From Thermodesulfobacteriota bacterium (GTDB lineage Bacteria; Desulfobacterota; Desulfobacteria; Desulfobacterales; SURF-7): a stretch of DNA of 64,000 bases. Made by a program: the position numbers and the translations under genes. The notes beneath the pieces were generated by a model. The model was not told where the DNA came from. It saw nothing but the letters and a program-made list of their open reading frames with translations, and made no database searches. Positions 47,007 to 57,471 of this stretch are shown here, one piece after another. The DNA lies in assembly GCA_049320885.1 (NCBI GenBank), contig JBMORA010000014.1, forward strand, positions 1 to 64,000, read 5' to 3'. Each line of letters starts with the position of its first letter. The stretch's first letter is position 1.

Positions 47007-47393
47007 TCACAATTCGGTTGGGGAAGGCGCTGTTTCGCGGAATTCGATGCGCCTGGCATCCGCCCAGAGTCCTTCCAGATCATAAAAAACGCGGACCGGC
47101 TCATAAAAAACATGCAGGATCACGTGCCCGTAATCCAGCAGAATCCAGTGCCCGTCTTTCAGGCCTTCTACACTCAGGGGACGGATGCCGCTATTTTTCA
47201 GTTCCTCCCGGATGTGTTCGGCAATGGCCGTCACCTGTCGGCTGGAACGGCCGTGACAGATGATGAAGGTGTCGGCGATGGAGGTCAGGCCGCGCACATC
47301 GAGGGCCACGAGATCCTGCGCCTTGCGCCCCAACGCCGCCCGGATATAGGGGGCCAGAAAGAGGTCCGCGGTTTCTACGACTGGGTCCGTCAT
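47007..47393 (-). CDS. rsfS: Ribosome silencing factor
   Basis: Motifs KAQD...LDV and WILLDYG.V..HVF...R.FYDLEGLW. Lies downstream of nadD. Confidence 0.93.
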   Translation of the reverse strand: MTDPVVETADLFLAPYIRAALGRKAQDLVALDVRGLTSIADTFIICHGRSSRQVTAIAEHIREELKNSGIRPLSVEGLKDGHWILLDYGHVILHVFYEPVRVFYDLEGLWADARRIEFRETAPSPTEL

Positions 47394-48082
47394 GTGTATA
47401 GTCCTTTTTTTTCGATATAGTCCGCCACCCGGTCGGGAACCAGGCCGCGGATGTTCCGGCGGTTTTTTACCGCTTCCCGGACAACGGTGGCTGAAATGTC
47501 CACCGGCGAGACGGTTGCTGAATAAATCCGCTGATGGACCGGATGAACATAACAACCGCCTTCCGGGTCATGGCGATAATCCGGCGAGATCCGGTCCCTG
47601 AGGTAACGCTCAACAGCCTCCTGAGCGGACAACTCGCCGATCGGGCATTGGGGCCGGCTCATGACGATCATGGGCACCAGGCGCAGCAACTCGCGGAAAT
47701 ACTTCCAGGTATCGATTTCCAGAAACGCGTCCAAACCGAGAACCAGCGCCAGCATGGCGCTGTCCGGCAGCACGGATCGGAAATGGCGGAACGTATCGAT
47801 GGTATAGGATGGTCCGGACCGGAGAATCTCCACATCCGAAACCACATACCCCGGAAGATTCCCGAAGGCCAGCCGGACCATGTTCAGGCGGTCCGCCGCG
47901 GCAACCACCTCCGACACATGCTTGTGGGGCGGCTGGGCGGCCGGAATAATATAGATCCGGTCCAGGTGAAAAATCTCCTTGACCTCGCCGATCACCTGGA
48001 GGTGACCCAGGTGGACGGGATTGAAGGTGCCGCCGAACAATCCCATGCGCATATGGCCATCCGTCGATTCCATTCGCATCAT
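47390..48082 (-). CDS. nadD: Nicotinate-nucleotide adenylyltransferase
   Basis: Motifs GLFGGTFNPVHLGH, PPHK, SYTIDT and ISAT.VR. Start may be 48052. Confidence 0.95.
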   Translation of the reverse strand: MMRMESTDGHMRMGLFGGTFNPVHLGHLQVIGEVKEIFHLDRIYIIPAAQPPHKHVSEVVAAADRLNMVRLAFGNLPGYVVSDVEILRSGPSYTIDTFRHFRSVLPDSAMLALVLGLDAFLEIDTWKYFRELLRLVPMIVMSRPQCPIGELSAQEAVERYLRDRISPDYRHDPEGGCYVHPVHQRIYSATVSPVDISATVVREAVKNRRNIRGLVPDRVADYIEKKGLYT

Positions 48083-48141
48083 CCCATGCCTGATTTGCGG
48101 CCGTTCCGGCAGACCCGGTTCCCCGGCAAAAGGTTGGAGGA

Positions 48142-49398
48142 CTACCGCCGGATCTGGCCGTCGCCGAATACCACGAATTTGGTGGTGGTCAGTTCTTCCA
48201 CGCCCATGGGACCGAATGCATGCAGTTTGGATGTGCTGATGCCGATTTCCGCACCCAAGCCCAGCTGACCGCCGTCGTTAAAGCGAGTGGAGGCGTTGAC
48301 CAGCACCACCGAGGAGTCCACCTGACGAACGAATTTCCTGGCCCGGGCATAGTCCGATGTGACAATGGTTTCGGTATGGTCCGAACCGTGGGCGGCGATG
48401 TGCTCCATGGCCGCTTCCATGTCATCCACTACCTTGACCGCCAGGATCAGGTCCAAATATTCCGCCGGCCAGTCCTGATCCGTGGCCGGTTCCGCCGTGG
48501 GAACCCGGCGCAGGGTTTCAGGGCAGCCCTTGATGCGGACACCGGCCTTGGCAAACCGCTCCGCCATTCGGGGTAGAAAGACGTCGGCCATGGCGCGATG
48601 GACCAGCATGGTTTCCATGGCATTGCAGACACCGGGGCGCTGGACCTTGGCATTGAAACAGATTTCTTCCGCCATGTTCGGATCGGCGCTTTCGTCCACA
48701 TATACGTGACAGACCCCTTTATAATGTTTCAAAACCGGAATTTTGGAATTTTCCACCACGAAGCGGATCAGTCCCTCGCCTCCCCGGGGGATGATGAGGT
48801 CAATGCATGCATCCTGATGCAGCAACATGGTAACGGCTTCACGATCGGTGATGGGAACCACCTGGACCGCATCGGCGGGCAGGCCGGTTTCCGCCAGGGC
48901 CTGGCCCACGCTGGCTGCCAGGGCCTGGTTGGAGTGAATGGCCTCCGAACCTCCGCGTAAAATGACGGCGTTCCCGGCTTTCAGGCAGAGGGCTGCGGCA
49001 TCGATGGTGACATTGGGGCGCGATTCGTAAATGATGCCGATCACTCCGAGGGGGATGCGCATGCGCGACACCTGCAAGCCGTTGGGCCGTTCCCAGGTGC
49101 GGGTCACCGCGCCCACCGGGTCCTCGAGCCGGGCCACATCCTGCAGGCCCTCGATCATGGAGCGGATCGTGGCATCGGTGACCGTTAACCGGTCGATCAT
49201 GGCGCTGGAAAGCCCTTTGGCTCTGCCGTTTTCCACGTCCTTGAGGTTTTCTTTTTGAATGAGCGCCGCGTCTCGAGCCAGGTTTTCCGCAATGCGCAGC
49301 AACACCTCGTTTTTCCGGGCCGTGGGACAGGAGGCCATTTTTCGGGCCGCGGATTTGGCGGCTCTGGCCATTGCAACGATGGTTTGTTCGGTGGACAT
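48142..49398 (-). CDS. proA: Gamma-glutamyl phosphate reductase
   Basis: Motifs [27 protein letters not shown] and [20 protein letters not shown]. Confidence 0.97.
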   Translation of the reverse strand: MSTEQTIVAMARAAKSAARKMASCPTARKNEVLLRIAENLARDAALIQKENLKDVENGRAKGLSSAMIDRLTVTDATIRSMIEGLQDVARLEDPVGAVTRTWERPNGLQVSRMRIPLGVIGIIYESRPNVTIDAAALCLKAGNAVILRGGSEAIHSNQALAASVGQALAETGLPADAVQVVPITDREAVTMLLHQDACIDLIIPRGGEGLIRFVVENSKIPVLKHYKGVCHVYVDESADPNMAEEICFNAKVQRPGVCNAMETMLVHRAMADVFLPRMAERFAKAGVRIKGCPETLRRVPTAEPATDQDWPAEYLDLILAVKVVDDMEAAMEHIAAHGSDHTETIVTSDYARARKFVRQVDSSVVLVNASTRFNDGGQLGLGAEIGISTSKLHAFGPMGVEELTTTKFVVFGDGQIRR

Positions 49399-49412
49399 GG
49401 ACATCTCCTTGT

Positions 49413-50543
49413 TTAACCGGCGAGGGTCAGGTTGTCGCGGTGAATGACTTCGTCATACGGTTTATATCCCAGACGCATTTCGATTTCGTTGGTTTTCAAT
49501 CCCTTGATCTTGCGGATATCGGCGGCGCTGTAATTCACCAGCCCGATACCGAGTTTGGTCTCGTTGCCATCGAAAAATTCCACGCAGGCGCCGACGTTGA
49601 AGTCGCCGCGGACATCGGTTATGCCGATGGGCAGCAAGCTTTTGCCGTTGTTTAGAATCGCCCGGGCAGCGCCGTCATCAATGGTCAGAGCGCCCTGGGG
49701 TTTCAGAGTGAAGGCGATCCAGCCTTTGCGACTGGACAACCTGGATTTTTCCGGCACGAAAAAGGTTCCGTGGGGCGCGCCGCTGAAGAGGGAACCGAGA
49801 ATATCCTTTTTCTCCCCCTTGGCGATGATCATGGGGATACCGGAGCGGGTCACCTTTTTGGCAGCCCGGATTTTGCTGAGCATGCCGCCGGTGCCCAGAG
49901 TGCCTGGAATGTCGCTGGCCAGTCTTTCGATTCCCCGGCTGATGGAATCCACCACCGGAATCAGTTCGGCATCGGCGTGGACCCGGGGATCCTTGGTATA
50001 CAATCCGTCGATATCGGTGAGGTTGACCAGGATGTCGGCGTCCATCAGCAGGGTGATCATGGCGGCCAGGTTGTCGTTGTCGCCGAACTTCAGTTCTTCC
50101 ACCGCCACTGTATCGTTTTCATTGATAACTGGCACCACTTTCCAGGACAACAGGGTCCGCAGGGTGTTGCGGGCGTTCAAATACCGTTTCCGGTCACAGA
50201 GATCCTCCCGGGTGAGCAGAACCTGGGCGACCTTTCTGTCATGCTGACCGAAGGCGGCTTCCCACTCCTGGATCAGGCCAGCCTGACCTACGGCGGCGAT
50301 GGCCTGGCGTTTGGGAATTTCCGTCGGACGTTTGGCCAGGCCGATTTTTTTCATTCCGGAGGCCATGGCGCCGGAGGAGACCAGCACCACTTCGCGGCCC
50401 TGGTCCATCAGGATGCTGATCTGACGGCTGATGGAGCGTATGGCCTGGATGTTCAGGCCGTTTCGGGCGGTGAGGACACCGCTGCCGACTTTCACCACAA
50501 CGCGCCTGGCCTTTTTAAGATGCTTGTAGCGGTTGGTCTCCAT
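49413..50543 (-). CDS. proB: Glutamate 5-kinase (with PUA domain)
   Basis: Motifs VVKVGS, VSSGA, INENDTV, FGDNDNL and GTGGM.SK. Confidence 0.97.
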   Translation of the reverse strand: METNRYKHLKKARRVVVKVGSGVLTARNGLNIQAIRSISRQISILMDQGREVVLVSSGAMASGMKKIGLAKRPTEIPKRQAIAAVGQAGLIQEWEAAFGQHDRKVAQVLLTREDLCDRKRYLNARNTLRTLLSWKVVPVINENDTVAVEELKFGDNDNLAAMITLLMDADILVNLTDIDGLYTKDPRVHADAELIPVVDSISRGIERLASDIPGTLGTGGMLSKIRAAKKVTRSGIPMIIAKGEKKDILGSLFSGAPHGTFFVPEKSRLSSRKGWIAFTLKPQGALTIDDGAARAILNNGKSLLPIGITDVRGDFNVGACVEFFDGNETKLGIGLVNYSAADIRKIKGLKTNEIEMRLGYKPYDEVIHRDNLTLAG

Positions 50544-51537
50544 GGCATTGATTGATCATTCGGGTTAGGTGGCGAATCAGGTCGCGGACCCCTTTTCCGG
50601 TGACCGCTGAAATCCGGAAAACAGTCCGGTCCGGAAAAGCGGCTGCAAAATCGTCGGCCAGCAGGTCGGTCCCAGACAAATCCATTTTGTTGAGCACCAG
50701 GATCTGGGGTTTTTCAGCCAGGTTCCGGCTGTAGCTCTCAAGTTCCCGGTTGATGGTGCGATAATGATACATGATATCCGCCGGATCCAACGAAGCGGCA
50801 TCGATCAGATGAACCAGCCAGCGGGTGCGTTCAATATGGCGCAGGAATCGAACGCCTAGACCCACGCCGCTATGAGCGCCTTCGATCAGGCCCGGGATAT
50901 CCGCCACGGCAAATGGTTCTCCCCATTCGGGTTTGACCATCCCGAGGTTGGGAACCAGTGTCGTGAAAGGGTAATCGGCGATTTTGGGTCGGGCGGAGGA
51001 AATACGACTGATCAGGGTGGATTTGCCGGCATTGGGAAAACCGATAATACCGACCTCCGCCAGGAGTTTCAACTCCAGCCGCAGGGTCAGGGTCTGACCG
51101 GGTTCTCCCGGTTGGGCAAAACGGGGAGCGCGGTTGGTTGACGTGGCGAAGCGCTTGTTACCCTGACCTCCGCGGCCACCCTTGGCCACCACGAAGGTTT
51201 CATCCGTGTGGACGAAATCATGGAGGACGGTCTCTGTTTCCTGGTCGAACACGATGGTGCCGGGCGGCACTTCAATGATCAGGTCCTCTCCGTTCCTGCC
51301 GGATTTTTGTTGCCCCTGACCATAACCGCCTCTTTCGGCCTTGAAGTGTTTTTGATTGCGAAAATGATAAAGGGTGCGTTTTTGGGAAGAGGCTTTCAGA
51401 AGCACATCGCCGCCGCGCCCGCCGTCACCACCGTCCGGACCGCCCCGGGGGATGTATTTTTCCCGGCGGAAACTGACGCATCCCCTGCCCCCGTCGCCGG
51501 ATTGAACGGTAATGATGGCTTCATCGATGAATTTCAC
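50515..51537 (-). CDS. obgE: GTPase ObgE/CgtA
   Basis: Motifs [36 protein letters not shown] and NKMD. Confidence 0.97.
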   Translation of the reverse strand: MKFIDEAIITVQSGDGGRGCVSFRREKYIPRGGPDGGDGGRGGDVLLKASSQKRTLYHFRNQKHFKAERGGYGQGQQKSGRNGEDLIIEVPPGTIVFDQETETVLHDFVHTDETFVVAKGGRGGQGNKRFATSTNRAPRFAQPGEPGQTLTLRLELKLLAEVGIIGFPNAGKSTLISRISSARPKIADYPFTTLVPNLGMVKPEWGEPFAVADIPGLIEGAHSGVGLGVRFLRHIERTRWLVHLIDAASLDPADIMYHYRTINRELESYSRNLAEKPQILVLNKMDLSGTDLLADDFAAAFPDRTVFRISAVTGKGVRDLIRHLTRMINQCHGDQPLQAS

Positions 51538-51788
51538 GCTGCATAAACACTGACTTTTTTACGATCGCGGCCCAAACGTTCATAGGTGACGACGCCGTCG
51601 ATCTTGGCGAACAAGGTGTAATCCTTGCCCACACCGACATTGTTGCCCGGATGAATTCTGGTGCCCACCTGGCGGACCAGAATATTGCCGGCCCTGACGG
51701 CCTGCCCGGCGAAGCGTTTCACACCGCGGCGCTGGCCTTGACTGTCGCGTCCATTGCGGGAACTACCGGCTGCTTTCTTGTGTGCCAT
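51534..51788 (-). CDS. rpmA: 50S ribosomal protein L27
   Basis: [16 protein letters not shown]...GNILVRQ. SD AAGGAG. Confidence 0.98.
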   Translation of the reverse strand: MAHKKAAGSSRNGRDSQGQRRGVKRFAGQAVRAGNILVRQVGTRIHPGNNVGVGKDYTLFAKIDGVVTYERLGRDRKKVSVYAA

Positions 51789-51825
51789 GGTACAAACTCC
51801 TTGCGTTTCTTTTTGTCTTGGTGAG

Positions 51826-52137
51826 CTATGCCTGGATGCTGTCGATCCGTACCGCCGTGAATTGTTGACGGTGTCCTTTTTTACGGCGATAGCGTTTGCG
51901 GCGCTTATAGGTGAAGACAATAATTTTCTTGGACTGGCCTTGTTCCACGATATGTCCGTTTACCATGGCCTCCGCCAGCTTGGGCTGACCGATCCTGACC
52001 GTTTCTCCGTCCGCGTACAGGAGCACATTGTCGAAAGCGACTTTGGCGCCCACGTCGCCCTCCAGTTTTTCAACCCGGAGGAGCTGACCTTCTTCCACCC
52101 GATATTGTTTTCCGCCCGTGGCGATCACTGCGTACAT
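51826..52137 (-). CDS. rplU: 50S ribosomal protein L21
   Basis: [14 protein letters not shown]...KKGHRQ. SD AGGAGG. Confidence 0.98.
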   Translation of the reverse strand: MYAVIATGGKQYRVEEGQLLRVEKLEGDVGAKVAFDNVLLYADGETVRIGQPKLAEAMVNGHIVEQGQSKKIIVFTYKRRKRYRRKKGHRQQFTAVRIDSIQA

Positions 52138-52204
52138 GCTTGGGTTCCTCCTTCATTTCGGCAAGCATCCGACCCTTTTTGAATACATACTTTAAAAACG
52201 CTTT

Positions 52205-52232
52205 ATTCTAATCGGTTTTCCCCGCTTGTCAA
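52205..52232 (-). promoter_or_regulatory. sigma70 promoter of the rplU-rpmA-obgE operon
   Basis: Minus strand TTGACA (52232-52227)-N16-TAGAAT (52210-52205). Confidence 0.65.
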
Positions 52233-52261
52233 GAAAAAATTTTCCCTTATGAACCGGCTGG

Positions 52262-53077
52262 TTATGGATCCTTGGCGTTGGAACGGACGAGCCTTTGGCG
52301 GCCACTGAAAACCAGCAGGCCTTCGGCCTTGTCATGGCAGGCGACGGTTACCCCGAGGCTTCCGGCAAGGGAGACAGCCAGGGCCGTGGGGCGGGAAAGG
52401 GCCAGGAGAATGGGAATACGGGCCCGGGCCGCTTTTTGCACAAGTTCATAGCTGACTCGTGATGAAAGTGTCAGGAGTACGGCCCGGTCCAGCCGTTGTT
52501 CCAGGAAAAGCCTGCCGATGGCCTTGTCCAGGGCGTTGTGGCGGCCCACATCCTCGGCCGCCGACAGCGGATTTCCGCCAGCGTCGTAAATCACCGCACC
52601 GTGAGCCGCGCGGGTGATTCCCCGCAGCGGCTGGTGCGCGGCGATGTCCCTCAGGACGGCGGCAGCCTGCCGGATATCCATCCGGAATTCATCCGTCAAG
52701 GAGGCGACGTCCTGGCCGATATCCCGGATCAGTTCCTTGCCGCAGATCCCGCAGCTGGTTTGGCTGATGAATCCACGGCGTTCCATGATCCGGGGGATGC
52801 GGTGCTGGCTTTCCGGCTTCAGGGTGACGGTGACCACGTTGGTATCCTGACCATCGCAGAAGGCGATATTCTGAATATCCCCGGAATGATCCACAATCCC
52901 TTCGGTCAGGCAGAAACCGGCCACATGGGGAATTTCGTCTCCGGGCGTGCGCATGACCACCGCATAGGGTTTCCCCTGAATGCGGATGGAGAGCGGTTCC
53001 TCGGCCAACAGGTCGATGGTCTGGGTCTGATCGGATTCACCGGACCAGTGCAGGGCATTCATTTGAATGACGTTCAA
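52262..53077 (-). CDS. fdhD: Formate dehydrogenase accessory sulfurtransferase FdhD
   Basis: Motifs EEPL, MRTPG, TSCGICG, EDVGRHNALDKAIG and SSRVSYELVQKA. Confidence 0.93.
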   Translation of the reverse strand: MNVIQMNALHWSGESDQTQTIDLLAEEPLSIRIQGKPYAVVMRTPGDEIPHVAGFCLTEGIVDHSGDIQNIAFCDGQDTNVVTVTLKPESQHRIPRIMERRGFISQTSCGICGKELIRDIGQDVASLTDEFRMDIRQAAAVLRDIAAHQPLRGITRAAHGAVIYDAGGNPLSAAEDVGRHNALDKAIGRLFLEQRLDRAVLLTLSSRVSYELVQKAARARIPILLALSRPTALAVSLAGSLGVTVACHDKAEGLLVFSGRQRLVRSNAKDP

Positions 53078-53242
53078 GAGTGTTTTCCCTCGGTATGGTT
53101 GATCCTCACAACCGGTTAGGTCGTGGAAATGGATTTAGCCTATTTTGGGCGAAAAACCAACAGGCAACCGTGGGCATGGAGGCGCCCATTGCGGGACAGC
53201 GGGAGGATTTGACCGCCGAAAAGACGTTTGCGGTCATTTTCC

Positions 53243-53662
53243 TCAGGGAGGAACGGGTGCGGGTTCCAATGGCAGGTTCCCGGTTTTCCAGGCCTGCATG
53301 TCTCCCTCCAGATACAATATTTCCCGGAAACCGACCAGCCGGAAAGCCGGCTTGGCCAACACCGCCCGAGGGCCGTGTTCACAGTAGATCACGATGGGCT
53401 GGTCGGGAGTGGCGGGAACCCGGTCGTATCTTGACAGCACGGCCCAGAAGGGTATGCTGATGGCGCCGGGTATATGCCCGGCTTCATATTCGGCGGCCGA
53501 CCTGACATCCACGATCACCGGCGGGTTGCCGGCCCTGATCCGCTCAAGCAAAATCGGACCGGGGATTTCACCGGGCGCTCCGGTGGCACACCCGGTTGTT
53601 AGAACGGCCAGCAGAAGGCCCGTCAACCGTTTACGAAATAACAGGAAAATGCCGTTCGACAT
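53243..53662 (-). CDS. Rhodanese-like protein, probably exported (possible lipoprotein)
   Basis: Motifs DVRS..EY..GHIPGA and active loop CEHGPRA. N-terminal hydrophobic stretch ends in TTGC. Confidence 0.85.
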   Translation of the reverse strand: MSNGIFLLFRKRLTGLLLAVLTTGCATGAPGEIPGPILLERIRAGNPPVIVDVRSAAEYEAGHIPGAISIPFWAVLSRYDRVPATPDQPIVIYCEHGPRAVLAKPAFRLVGFREILYLEGDMQAWKTGNLPLEPAPVPP

Positions 53663-53886
53663 GCTCCACCCCTTTTTCCGGTACAATATTGCCAAGCGTT
53701 AATAGCCGGTCAATCCTATCGCAATTTATGTAAGCGGTCAAACCTCCCGCGCCGAAGGCTTGGCTTTACAACCGGGCCACGATTGCGATACAAGCAATTC
53801 AGGGCCGTCGATGATCGCGGGGCGGGAGTGGTTTCGATTTCATGGGAGTCTGAACCCGGCAAACCATCCGTTTCCAGGGGGTGCTT

Positions 53887-54561
53887 ATGATCGATACAAA
53901 GGAAATACAGGACAATCTCTGGCAGGTCGGAGGCGACGACCTGTCCGGACCGGGTGACGCGGCGATCTATCTGGTTCGGTTCGGTCCGGAGGCGGCGCTG
54001 ATCGATGCGGGTTGCGGCCAGGGGCATCAAACCATCCGGCGGAACATTGCAGCCTGCCTGCCGGAAGACATTCCCGTTTCGTTTCTGATTTTGACCCATT
54101 GCCATTACGACCACAGCGGTGGGGCCGCCCGCCTGCGGGAAGAACTGGGCTGCCGGATCGTGGCCCATGTCCTGGACGCGGTTTATCTGGAGACCGGCGA
54201 CAGCGAGGTTACAGCCGCTTGCTGGTACGGTGCGCGCATGGAACCGCTGGTAGTCGACGTCAAACTGGACGGTCCGGACCATCGCATTGAAGTGGGCGAC
54301 GGATGCCTTCACGCCCTGCACATGCCGGGGCACTCGCCCGGCTCCCTGGTGCTGACCACCCGGATGGAAGACCAGTTGGTATTGTTCGGGCAGGATGTTC
54401 ACGGACCCATCCACCCTGCCCTGCGCTCCGACCGGGCGGCATATCAGGCCTCCCTGCGGCAACTGCTGGATCTGGAGGCGGATCTCCTGCTGGAAGGACA
54501 TTTCGGTGTTTTTCGCGGCAAGGAGCGGGTGCGGCGGTTTGTCCGCTCCTTTATAATATGA
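53887..54561 (+). CDS. Metallo-beta-lactamase fold hydrolase
   Basis: Motifs LIDAG, THCHYDH, PGHSPGS, FGQD and EGH. Confidence 0.88.
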   Translation: MIDTKEIQDNLWQVGGDDLSGPGDAAIYLVRFGPEAALIDAGCGQGHQTIRRNIAACLPEDIPVSFLILTHCHYDHSGGAARLREELGCRIVAHVLDAVYLETGDSEVTAACWYGARMEPLVVDVKLDGPDHRIEVGDGCLHALHMPGHSPGSLVLTTRMEDQLVLFGQDVHGPIHPALRSDRAAYQASLRQLLDLEADLLLEGHFGVFRGKERVRRFVRSFII

Positions 54562-54616
54562 GGACAGTTTGAAAAAGCGAATTCAATAACTGATTTCATT
54601 CTAATCTGGAGGTTAC

Positions 54617-54955
54617 ATGGAAAACCGTGTCTTCATCAAAAACATTCCCTTTTCAGAACCCCAGGTTCTGGCGGATCTGGTCGATTATGCAGAAGGCCGG
54701 GTGGTCAGCCGCACTTTTGCCCAACAACCGTCTGTCGGGATAACCCTTTTTGCATTTGACCAGGGTGAAAGCGTCAGCACGCACACCGCACCGGGCGACG
54801 CCATGGTGCAGGTGCTGGATGGAGAAGCCCTGGTGAATGTCGACGGGAAAGAGATGACGGTGGTCAAGGGACAAGTAGTGGTTATGCCTGCCAATGTTCC
54901 TCATTCCGTGACAGCGGTCAAACGCTTCAAAATGTTGCTGACAGTGGTGAAATGA
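54617..54955 (+). CDS. Cupin domain protein
   Basis: Motifs TLFAFD.G..VSTHTAPGDA.VQVLDG and MPANVPHSV. SD GGAGG. Confidence 0.9.
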   Translation: MENRVFIKNIPFSEPQVLADLVDYAEGRVVSRTFAQQPSVGITLFAFDQGESVSTHTAPGDAMVQVLDGEALVNVDGKEMTVVKGQVVVMPANVPHSVTAVKRFKMLLTVVK

Positions 54956-55512
54956 CCGGAACCGCCCATCAATGGAAAATTCCTTTTGACCGTTCCTATT
55001 GGGTTGAGCCCGGCCGGCTCATGGCCGGGTGTTTTCCGGGCTCGCCCTCCCCCGGCGAGGCACATCAGAAACTGAAAAAACTTCTGGCATGCGGAATCCG
55101 GGAGGTTGTCAACCTCATGGAGCCTCATGAACGGGATCACCATGGAAAACTCTTTGAGAGCTATGAAGGCCCCCTGCGGTCGCTGGCAGATGAAATGGGA
55201 TTGGACGTCACTGTTGCGCGTTTTCCCATAAAGGACGGAGATATCCCCACCCGCCTGGAAATGTGCCGCATACTTGATCATATCGATGCCGCCATTCAAA
55301 ACGGTCGCCCGGTCTATCTGCACTGTTGGGGCGGCCGGGGCCGCACCGGCACGGTGGTGGGCTGCTACCTGGCGCGGCACGGACTTGCAGCGGATCATCA
55401 GGTTTTGAAAATGATCAAGGTGTTGCGGCAGGATGTTCGTGATGCCCATTCAGCGTCGCCGGAGAACTCCTGGCAGATCGATATGGTGCTGTCATGGGTG
55501 GAAAGGGAATAA
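54952..55512 (+). CDS. Dual-specificity/protein-tyrosine phosphatase
   Basis: CX5R loop HCWGGRGRTG and FPIKDG acid loop. Confidence 0.88.
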   Translation: MTGTAHQWKIPFDRSYWVEPGRLMAGCFPGSPSPGEAHQKLKKLLACGIREVVNLMEPHERDHHGKLFESYEGPLRSLADEMGLDVTVARFPIKDGDIPTRLEMCRILDHIDAAIQNGRPVYLHCWGGRGRTGTVVGCYLARHGLAADHQVLKMIKVLRQDVRDAHSASPENSWQIDMVLSWVERE

Positions 55513-55519
55513 ATTCATT

Positions 55520-56737
55520 TCAGAAAGAAAAGGTGATTTTCGCGGCAAAGAGGAACCAGTGAGGATTGGTGCCGTAGCCGTCCGGATTGTCGGCATTCAG
55601 CAGAATCGCCGTTCCGTTCATGAAATGGCCTTCCAGTTTCGCTATCCAGTTATCGTTCAGGTCAAAACGGGTGGACAGACAGGCATCCTTCAGCCAGGCC
55701 CGGTGAAAGAATTCCTGGTTGTTGCCGTCCCGGTCGAAATCATCCGGGTAGTATTCGGCATAATAAACGCCGGTTTCGAAGAAGGAAGTCAGCCGGTAAA
55801 CGGCGCTGCCGTAATATCCCTGGGTATAGAACTCGGGGACAAAATCCGGCGTGACGTTCAACACCTGGGAATTGGTCGGCTGGATTTCCCAATCGATTCT
55901 GGAATATTCGGCCGCCAGGATCAGGTTCTTCCAGGTATATTCAGCGGACAACGTAAAGGATTTCGCATCGAGGGAAAAGTCGGTCTGGAGCGGCAGGGCG
56001 GTTGTGTCCATCCTGGCGATGAAGGCCAGCGCCCAGTAAGAACATCCGAGCCGCAGGCTTTCGCCGGGCGAAAGCCATTGCAGGCTGGCGATGTCGCCTC
56101 TTTCCACTTCAACCTCCTGAACCGCGATGGGAATATCCCGGGGTACCTGATCGTTGAAATGCAGGGCGGGACCGCTTTGGCTGTCGATTTCCACGGTTCC
56201 GATTTGAGCCCGATACGCCAGGCGGCCCAGCTTCATCAGCGGCAAATTGCCGAACACCCCGACGCCTTTATTGGCCGCGATCACATCCCGCCAGGATTCA
56301 TTATAAACGCTTTGGGGCAGGAAGATATTGGTCCGCAGCATATCGACATCCCTGGTTTCATTGTAGAGACCATGGGGGACCTTCATCTTGCCGGCGGCGA
56401 AACCCAGCCAGTCCCGCCAACGATATTCGGCCACCGCCCAGTCCAGAAAGACCTCGTCGTTTCCAATCTGACCCAGATCCCGGGCAAACAGTTGGATGCC
56501 TACGCGCAAGTGGTATTCCGGCATCTGGGTGATGAAATTGATACCCATTTCGTTCAATTCAAAAGTCCCGGTTTCGGTTTCGGCGAAGAAATTGTTGTCG
56601 GTGCTCTGCATATACCCCTGGGATACAAAGCCGTGGATGGCAATGTCGTCGGGATACGATATTCCGTCACCAAAGGCGGCGCCAGCGGCCAGAGCGACGG
56701 CAATTGCCAGCCAGCCTGTGAGTACCGTTCGCATCAT
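55520..56737 (-). CDS. Outer-membrane beta-barrel (porin-like) protein
   Basis: Signal peptide, IHGFVSQGY, GKMKVPHGLYNE.RD, alternating aromatic strands and C-terminal Phe. Confidence 0.75.
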   Translation of the reverse strand: MMRTVLTGWLAIAVALAAGAAFGDGISYPDDIAIHGFVSQGYMQSTDNNFFAETETGTFELNEMGINFITQMPEYHLRVGIQLFARDLGQIGNDEVFLDWAVAEYRWRDWLGFAAGKMKVPHGLYNETRDVDMLRTNIFLPQSVYNESWRDVIAANKGVGVFGNLPLMKLGRLAYRAQIGTVEIDSQSGPALHFNDQVPRDIPIAVQEVEVERGDIASLQWLSPGESLRLGCSYWALAFIARMDTTALPLQTDFSLDAKSFTLSAEYTWKNLILAAEYSRIDWEIQPTNSQVLNVTPDFVPEFYTQGYYGSAVYRLTSFFETGVYYAEYYPDDFDRDGNNQEFFHRAWLKDACLSTRFDLNDNWIAKLEGHFMNGTAILLNADNPDGYGTNPHWFLFAAKITFSF

Positions 56738-56813
56738 ACCGCGCCCCTCGACTTTTTTGCGGCGTTGCCGTTCATTGTCACCTGCTCCTGAAGCGGAAAG
56801 CGGTTGTGCCACC

Positions 56814-57296
56814 TTATTCCCCTTCCAGAATGTGAATGCGTTTCACTCCCGCCAGTTTTGTCTGGCGGGATACATACCCGATGGCGCCGGGTGTTTTTCG
56901 CACATACGAAACCACGCCGGCCTCGTTTTTCAAGGCGCGGGGCGGAAAGCCCCGTCCGGAAAAAATCAGTTTTTTCCAATAGCGGCTGTACTGCGAAGGG
57001 GTTTTCCGGAGATATGTCGTTACGAACATATCATGAACGTCGCCGCCGGGCAGCGTTACGAACAGGATGGGCTGGTCGTCCGGCCAGAGTGTCTTCTCGC
57101 CCTTGTAAATCAGTTTCAGATCGTTGAGCGCGAGGCTGTCTATCGGCAGGTTTTGATGACCGATGATGATAACATCACCGGTTTTGTTTTCTTCCGGAAA
57201 AGCCGCCGGGATCCAGAAGGCAGAAATTCCTGCAAGGGAGCAGACGATGAGAAGAATCAGACGTCTTTGCGGCGGAATCCTTGGGGTAGGCTTCAT
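56814..57296 (-). CDS. Small periplasmic PBP2/PstS-like protein (porin partner)
   Basis: Signal peptide, LKLIYKGEKT.W, YWKKLIFSGRG.PP and V..TPGAIGYV. Confidence 0.75.
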   Translation of the reverse strand: MKPTPRIPPQRRLILLIVCSLAGISAFWIPAAFPEENKTGDVIIIGHQNLPIDSLALNDLKLIYKGEKTLWPDDQPILFVTLPGGDVHDMFVTTYLRKTPSQYSRYWKKLIFSGRGFPPRALKNEAGVVSYVRKTPGAIGYVSRQTKLAGVKRIHILEGE

Positions 57297-57305
57297 TGAA
57301 CCGAA

Positions 57306-57334
57306 ATTATAGGCGATGGAAGAAGATGTGTCAA
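57306..57334 (-). promoter_or_regulatory. Perfect-consensus sigma70 promoter
   Basis: Minus strand TTGACA (57334-57329)-N17-TATAAT (57311-57306). Confidence 0.8.
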
Positions 57335-57389
57335 TAAGTGCCTCGAAAAGAATGTAAAAACAATCGGATGAATTTTTTGACCAGCGGTC

Positions 57390-57417
57390 TTGACAAAGCT
57401 GCCCGTCTTTGTAGAAT
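57390..57417 (+). promoter_or_regulatory. sigma70 promoter for the sulfotransferase
   Basis: TTGACA-N16-TAGAAT, overlapped by inverted repeat ACAAAG-N8-CTTTGT. Confidence 0.6.
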
Positions 57418-57471
57418 CGGTTCGGACCCGTTCGACCCGAAACAGCATCTTCCGGAATTACCCCCCAGCGG

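Noticed and set aside
55433..56791. 452-aa plus-strand ORF
   Set aside because: It is antisense to the porin-like gene, which has a signal peptide and a C-terminal Phe.
57418..57445. GGTTCGGACCCGTTCGACCCG resembling a tRNA T-arm
   Set aside because: No cloverleaf, acceptor stem or anticodon arm can be built around it.
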